This document shows, piece after piece, positions 58,117-64,000 of a stretch of 64,000 nucleotides of DNA (position 1 is its first letter; each line of letters begins with the position of its first letter). A program made the translations under genes and the position numbers. Below the pieces are notes generated by a model. It saw only the letters and a program-made list of their open reading frames with translations, had not been told where the DNA came from and searched no databases. The stretch lies in NCBI RefSeq assembly GCF_041146345.1, contig NW_027191411.1, forward strand, positions 868,001-932,000. Reading direction: 5' to 3'. This DNA comes from Neodothiora populina (Eukaryota).

Positions 58117-59370
58117 ATGGCACGTAAACTCACCGTGGCCGCCGCCCAAGTCGGCGCCATCAATCGCGACACACCCCGAAAAGAAGTAATGACCCGACTC
58201 CTCTCCCTCCTAGACCAAGCCGCAGCACAAAAAGTGCAACTACTAGTATACCCGGAATGCACATTCACGACTTTCTTCCCGCGGCACCTGATCGAGCCAG
58301 GCGACGACCTCGAGTCTTTCTTCGAAGAAACAAACGACTCAGCCACGGACCTCGACAGCGTGGCGAGAGGACCGGACACGTCTGCGCTGTTCGGGAGAGC
58401 AGTCGAGCATGGGATAGATATCGTAGTCGGGTTCGCGGAGCGGTGTGTCAGCGAAGACGAGAATAAAGGCAAAGGGTACAACACTAGTGTTTACTTCTGT
58501 GCGAGCGAGAACAGGGTCATCGCTAAGTATCGCAAAGTGCACCTGCCAGGGACTGTAGAGCCGTTTACTGAACCTGATGCTGTCAATCAGCTGGAGAAGC
58601 GGTATTTCACTCCTGGCGATCTTGGGTTCAAGGCGTTTCGAGCACCGGGGCTGTTGGGGAGGACAGCGACGGCAGATGAGGGGAGTGGCGTGTGGAGAAA
58701 GGGAACGCCCGGTGTGCCTGAGGGTGAAATCAGCAGGAGAAAAGACCAGGGCAAGGGCGATCCTGTATTGGGCATGCTGATATGTAACGATCGGAGATGG
58801 CCTGAGGCGTGGCGGGTGTATGCTCTGCAGGGAGCTGAATTGATCGTTTTCGGCTACAACACTGGTGAGTACCTATGCATCTCTTTTCCAACAGCTCTTT
58901 CAAGCGACCTTGCTCTACTCCATCCCGTATTACCCGTGTAAGAAACCAACATGAACACTTCTCACTCACGAACCCCCTCCCCACTAGGCGCCAACCTCCC
59001 CGCCCTCTGGGGCTCCCGCAAACCACTAACCCCGGCCCAAGCAGAGGCCCAAGCCCTGCACCACCACACTTTAGTGCAAACCTCGTCATCATACACAAAC
59101 TCGCTCTTCAGCATCTCCGCCGCCCGCTGCGGCCGCGACGACGCCGACGCGCGCTACGACCTGATCGCGGGCTCGATGATCGTGAACCCGCAAGGCTACG
59201 TCGTCGCCGAGGCGCAGACAAAGGGGGATGAGATTGTCGTCGCTAGGATTGATTTGGAGGAGTGTAGGCAGGGCAGGGAGAAGACTTTTGATTTCGAGAG
59301 GCATAGACGTGTTGAGCATTATGAGTTGTTGGTGCAGCGGACGGGGTGTGTCGAGCCGCCTTTGCTTTGA
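58117..59370 (+). CDS. N-carbamoyl-D-amino-acid amidohydrolase (D-carbamoylase, nitrilase superfamily). Exons 58117-58864 and 58988-59370
   Basis: Catalytic triad E (YPECTFTTFFPR), K (KYRKVHLPG), C (ICNDRRWPE), plus LEKRYF, GYNT and FDFERHRRVEHY, signatures of bacterial D-carbamoylases. Confidence 0.9.
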
Positions 59371-59654
59371 TCGGTGTGGCTGGCGCTAGTGTTTGGTCGT
59401 GAGGCTTGTCTGCGAAGGAAAACCATGGATACAATATTTACTGGGTTCGGTGTCACACTTGGAATAGAAAGTTGTGTGGCAACAGGCTGTCGAAAAGCTA
59501 ATATCAATTATGCAGTATAGGGGTATATAACCTGAAATGACAACTTCAAAGCAATAGCGTTCGTTGAACAGCATTGTCAGACACAACTTTCTTGTACTCG
59601 GTCCTGTGTTTTCGTAGAGTCTCGCCCAAACAAAAGTATCGATTTCAAGCCGAC

Positions 59655-62600
59655 TCACTGCTTGTGCCAGTCTGCCAAAAACAGCGTCCTCGCATCAAAC
59701 TCCTCGACTCCATGTTTCTCAGCCAGCTTCCTCAACTTGACTGCATTTCCGCCCTGGAGCCAATCATCCTCGGCCTGGGTCCAGAAGCCCGGCAGGTCTG
59801 TCGGCTGGCCTCGACCGGCTTTCATGTCTTCGAGCACACGCTCGCACAGTGGCGCTCGCATGGATGTCATGTAAAGCACATCGTCGATATCATCTGGATC
59901 GTGGCCGCGAGCGATCATTGCATTTTCAAAGGCCTCGACGCGCGAGCCGTCCATTGCCTGCGAGTCGAGTTCTGACTCGGCTGAGTGCACTTGTAGTTCA
60001 TACTGGCTGCTGGGCTCGGCGACATGCAGATCTGGTATCTGTGTTTCGCCACCGAAAACATATTGAGTGTCTATGACAACTGGTGTTCTGCCCTGTTCTC
60101 TATCCTGTAGCTTCGCTGGACGCGATGGCTGCGGAGACTGCGATGCCATGAAATTCCATCCACCCTCGGGTTCGACGACTGCAAGCTGGATACTGCCTGA
60201 GTCTCCATGGCTGTCCATGTCCCGAATGCGTGGGTCGATGTCCTGGGATTGGAATCCATGTAAAGGCGACTGATGAGGTGAGCTATCGGGATTCAGGGGC
60301 GCAGGTCTGTCCGAGGGAGGCCGTCGAAGCGGGGAAGATTCAGCCACGGTGCGATCAATGTCAGGGTCAAGATCTTGGGTTCTTAGAAAGTCGGGGATGT
60401 CCTTTGTATCTATAACACGTCCGTTTACCACAATTGTCTTCGCACCATCAGCCTTGTGGGGAGCAGAGTCTTGTTCGTGATACTCGTCACTCGCTTCCTC
60501 GTGAGCGAAGCATTTCAGTCGTCGATGTTTCTCCTTAAGCGCATCGAACTTCTGGCGGTCAATCCGACTTTCAGGAGGGCCCTGACCGATCAGTCCTTGG
60601 AGATAATCAGCCATATCGGTTTGATCTTTGTTGCCATCGTCTACGGCAACATCCAGTGCTCTCCTGTCTGAACGAGGGTTACCCAGCGCTTGAGCTCGTG
60701 CAAGATTTTCAGCAGTGAGGGCAATTGGCCGCGTCTGCTCCATCTCGTGCTGCAGTTGATGCTGAGCTTCGGCATCCATTTCTGACGTGTATGTGGTCTC
60801 GCCAGCTTCTGTACGGGCCACGAGGTCTTCGCTCTGATCGTCAGAAGATTCATCGCTTGATATCACGACAGCGTGTACAACTGTCTTACTTGCAGATCCC
60901 TGTGGCTCGCGTGATATTGTCGGGTTAGATGTGCTCACTTTCTGTCGTTTCTGAGGCCCCTGACTCTGTGTATCCGCCATGGTCCGTTTCGTTATTCTAG
61001 CTGATGCATTCTTGACCGGTGTCTCTTTTACTTGAGGTTCTTCTGGAGTACGGTCCAAACCACTTCCAGCAGGATGCTCCGCTGGCGTCTTTGAGGTAGG
61101 CGTCGTGCTCGGTAAAAGTGTGTCTTGGTCGTTAGATGAAGCCATTGTTTTGAGGTTGCTCACCAATCCGTTCGCGTTGTGATCCGGCTGGCCTTGCGTA
61201 CCAAACACGTCAAGAATCTTTCGATAGTCATACTGTTCGATGTCTTGCAGTGATTGGCTCTCAAGAGCTTTCAGGTCTTCGTCAGGCTTCTCTGTTTTCT
61301 CATATTCAGGATATACCACCTGCTCGTAGTATTTCCTCAATTGCTCGGCGGTAAACGGAGGGCTTGCGGCAGCCAGGAAATACCATATCTTGTTGTAACG
61401 ACCGACGGGGACACTTTGGATGTACTCCGCATTATCGAAGAGACGCCTGAAGTCATTGTCGTCGAAGCCAATTGCGCTGAAATCAAATTCTTGACGGGGT
61501 GCATTGATAAGCTCAACACCAATCTTAGATGGTTTGCTCGCATCCAATGTAGCTTCTATTGGGTCTTGCCTCACACCGACAGCAGGCGCCACCACATTAC
61601 TTGATACCATAGCTTGCTCGAGCACTAATTCTTCGTGACCTGCGCTGTTTGCTACAGTAATTGGAAGATCATCTTCGGGTCGAGGGGTGTGTTGAGGTAA
61701 AGAAGATTCGCGACTTCGCTGGACAACGACAGGTGCTTCCTGTACAGGAGCTTCGAGTAAAGTGTCTTGATTTTCAGCTTCCGTCTCAGCCATTTGTGAT
61801 AGGTCGCCCGTATCAGTATATTGTACTTGAACAGTGGTTCCAACAGCCTGCTCTGAGACATCCGCACCATCGTCAAGCTTCGGGCCCTTCATTTCAGTCA
61901 CTGCGTTGATAGCGTCTTGCTGAGGGCCTGCCACTGGTCTATCCACCATGGATTGTTCTTCGTCGGGCACTGCACTCTCTGCCGATACAGGTCGACGAGC
62001 CGACCTCCCCAAAACAGGCTTTCCAGGACGTCGAGCAGTCGCTCGACCTCGCACAGCACCAAGCGCAGTCGGAGTCGGACTGATTGGTTGAGTGACTTCC
62101 GCGTTCGATGGTAGAGCAGCAACGGTAGTAGTGCTAGGCGAAGGCGCAGGGGAAGAAGTCGGGGGTCTCAGGGCGAGATTCCTGAGATATCTTTCCCGCC
62201 ATGACTGCCATGGATGCCTCGAGTTCTCTGCTTCAAGCAACTTGTACAGCTCTGCACCTTTCACGGCATAACCATTCGCTTGACCATCTCTAACCCAGGC
62301 TAATAGATGCTCATCATCCTGAGTCGTATATGGGGTCCGCACCGTTTTCACAGGGGCTGAAGAGCCAGCTGCCCTGGGTGGTCGTGCTGCCCCACTCGCC
62401 CCTTTCGGCACGCCTGCGACATGATCTCCTACAGGAGGAAGTTCACCAGTCTGGATAGCACGATCTATGAAGGTGTATGATAACGATCCGGGAGGACAGT
62501 CGGAGCGTAAGTGATCAGCGATAAGGTAATCGGCCTGAGCCTCAAGTCTCACGACAGAACCACCATTCGCCTCTATATCTTTGACGTAGCGCGATCTCAA

Positions 62601-62702
62601 GGGTAGGCGTTGGGTCAAGAAGAACGATTTGCCAGCGAACAGTGAACCACTTATCTCAGTTGATGCCACCTTGACGCCACTATATGTCACTTGAGGAGGC
62701 AT
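59655..62702 (-). CDS. RAP1: Telomere protein Rap1 (TERF2IP-like) with BRCT, Myb and C-terminal RCT domains; intronless
   Basis: BRCT (LFAGKSFFLTQRLPLR..IEANGG..ADYLIADH), Myb (RTPYTTQDD..HPWQSWRERY) and RCT (ID.VLYMTSM..P.DLPGFWTQAED..KHG..RTLFL). First ATG is at 62702. Confidence 0.88.
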   Translation of the reverse strand: MPPQVTYSGVKVASTEISGSLFAGKSFFLTQRLPLRSRYVKDIEANGGSVVRLEAQADYLIADHLRSDCPPGSLSYTFIDRAIQTGELPPVGDHVAGVPKGASGAARPPRAAGSSAPVKTVRTPYTTQDDEHLLAWVRDGQANGYAVKGAELYKLLEAENSRHPWQSWRERYLRNLALRPPTSSPAPSPSTTTVAALPSNAEVTQPISPTPTALGAVRGRATARRPGKPVLGRSARRPVSAESAVPDEEQSMVDRPVAGPQQDAINAVTEMKGPKLDDGADVSEQAVGTTVQVQYTDTGDLSQMAETEAENQDTLLEAPVQEAPVVVQRSRESSLPQHTPRPEDDLPITVANSAGHEELVLEQAMVSSNVVAPAVGVRQDPIEATLDASKPSKIGVELINAPRQEFDFSAIGFDDNDFRRLFDNAEYIQSVPVGRYNKIWYFLAAASPPFTAEQLRKYYEQVVYPEYEKTEKPDEDLKALESQSLQDIEQYDYRKILDVFGTQGQPDHNANGLVSNLKTMASSNDQDTLLPSTTPTSKTPAEHPAGSGLDRTPEEPQVKETPVKNASARITKRTMADTQSQGPQKRQKVSTSNPTISREPQGSASKTVVHAVVISSDESSDDQSEDLVARTEAGETTYTSEMDAEAQHQLQHEMEQTRPIALTAENLARAQALGNPRSDRRALDVAVDDGNKDQTDMADYLQGLIGQGPPESRIDRQKFDALKEKHRRLKCFAHEEASDEYHEQDSAPHKADGAKTIVVNGRVIDTKDIPDFLRTQDLDPDIDRTVAESSPLRRPPSDRPAPLNPDSSPHQSPLHGFQSQDIDPRIRDMDSHGDSGSIQLAVVEPEGGWNFMASQSPQPSRPAKLQDREQGRTPVVIDTQYVFGGETQIPDLHVAEPSSQYELQVHSAESELDSQAMDGSRVEAFENAMIARGHDPDDIDDVLYMTSMRAPLCERVLEDMKAGRGQPTDLPGFWTQAEDDWLQGGNAVKLRKLAEKHGVEEFDARTLFLADWHKQ

Positions 62703-63307
62703 CCTGGACGGATTGATGTCAGACTGTCCCACGACGACTCAGCTTGGGAAATGACATCCGAACTTTCACACAGTCAAAAGAAATGTGCGCGATATGCGGA
62801 ATTGATCTACTGGGCGCACATGCCCCAGTGAACGCGGGCTTGAGTGAATATAGGACGTGTTGATAGCGCTTCATGCCGACGCGGCGGAGACGCGTGATTT
62901 CGTGATAATTATCTCGAATTACAGTAATTCCGAGATTCCGAGACGCGGGGAGCTTGGGCCATTTTCACAAGCACGGCATAAGGTTGTCACTATGCCTCGA
63001 CAGCGTTTATGCTCGAGGTCTCCTCGATTCAAAGCAGCGCAGTCTACAGTACCTTTGTAGTCTAGTGCAGAGCGGTACATGCACAAGATCTGTGACAAAC
63101 GGGACCTCATTTAAGTTGCTGCTAGAACGAGTCTTTATTCGGATACACTTACTTAATGACGTGGGGATAGTAAACGTCAATTCCACGTTCCGGTTTTCCA
63201 TACGATCCGACGGCCGCATCACTTCTCTCTACCCTCGTCGAAGGCGAGGCAATGTTGATTCCTGAGAAGACAATGCCAATGCCAATGCAACTGCCTATGC
63301 CTGTGCA

Positions 63308-64000
63308 ATGATGTTGGCCTTTCGCAACACCGTGATTGCGGTGCTTGTCATCTCCTTCTTCACTTTCGTTGCCTTGTTTGGAAAACTCCCTGCGTTGAGG
63401 AACACGCCAATCGGTGTCTTACAGCGTCTACTATGTCTGAACATCCCTGCCACTTTCCGTCGTCTCGACACTACATTCACTGGTGGTAGGACCAGTCGAG
63501 CTCTGGCTGGTATAGGACACTACTTGTTCAACCAGAAGAACCCAGTGGTTCTTGTAAGTACCAAGATCGATGCGTGCAATTTATAAGCACGTTGACTTCC
63601 TCCATTACATATTGCTCCTTCCTTTCGAATTTACCAAGCAACTTTTCAATCATCAACGCAATTCAACATAGGATGTACTTTCTCTGACCTCTTTCTCAGG
63701 CCATCTTCTTGACCCTCCTTACAGGAAGTGCATACCTCTTCCTGACAGCGGCATGGCCCCTCCTTACCTGGTCTCAAACACTCCCTCTTCCCTTCCTTCT
63801 CGGAGCTCCATACTACTTCACTTATCTCTGCGTAACAACACGAGCCGACCACATCACCCCTCAGAACCACACACGGCACCTGCACTCCTACCCCTACGAC
63901 CACCTCCTCTTCCGCCCTGACCACAAATGCCGAACCTGTGGCTTCGTCAAGCCCGCGCGTAGCAAACACTGCTCTCTCTGTGGCGTCTGTGTCGCAAAAG
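63308..64000 (+). CDS. SWF1: DHHC palmitoyltransferase Swf1, truncated by the window end. Exons 63308-63553 and 63700 to beyond 64000
   Basis: FTFVALFGKLPALRNTPIG, YPYDHLLF, and the start of the Cys-rich domain CRTCGFVKPARSKHCSLCGVCVAK. Confidence 0.88.

Noticed and set aside
63554..63699. Longer introns in SWF1 (146 nt) and the carbamoylase (123 nt) as snoRNA hosts
   Set aside because: No C/D or H/ACA boxes and no strong stems found.

Overview
Gene-dense eukaryotic window from a filamentous ascomycete (Pezizomycotina, probably a Dothideomycete; the taxon is my impression, not a search result). It has short GT-AG introns with CTRAC branch sites. I support about 28 protein-coding genes, mostly housekeeping: ARP5, DAD4, SLH1, AFG2, BUD13/CWC26, ATL1, SIP5, ARA2-like AKR, VNX1, IST2/TMEM16, RCC1/PIM1, NAPE-PLD, TYR1, RPS14, UBC6, SAM50, RAP1, and SWF1 truncated at the window end. 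I found no transposon, tRNA, rRNA or CRISPR. The notable signals are mostly RNA-level: (1) a box C/D snoRNA resembling snR13 inside an intron that is itself nested in TYR1 intron 1; (2) an unannotated, heavily base-paired 400-nt plus-strand element at about 30283-30691 that I cannot assign to a family; (3) a candidate [D1,2] spliceosomal twin intron whose removal builds an upstream ATG for RCC1; (4) a long stem in RPS14 intron 2; (5) a divergent D-hydantoinase / N-carbamoyl-D-amino-acid amidohydrolase gene pair; (6) a frameshifted riboflavin-kinase-like gene and an AFG2 with a degenerate D1 ATPase. Exon boundaries were read by hand and family calls come from recalled motifs; no database search was run.
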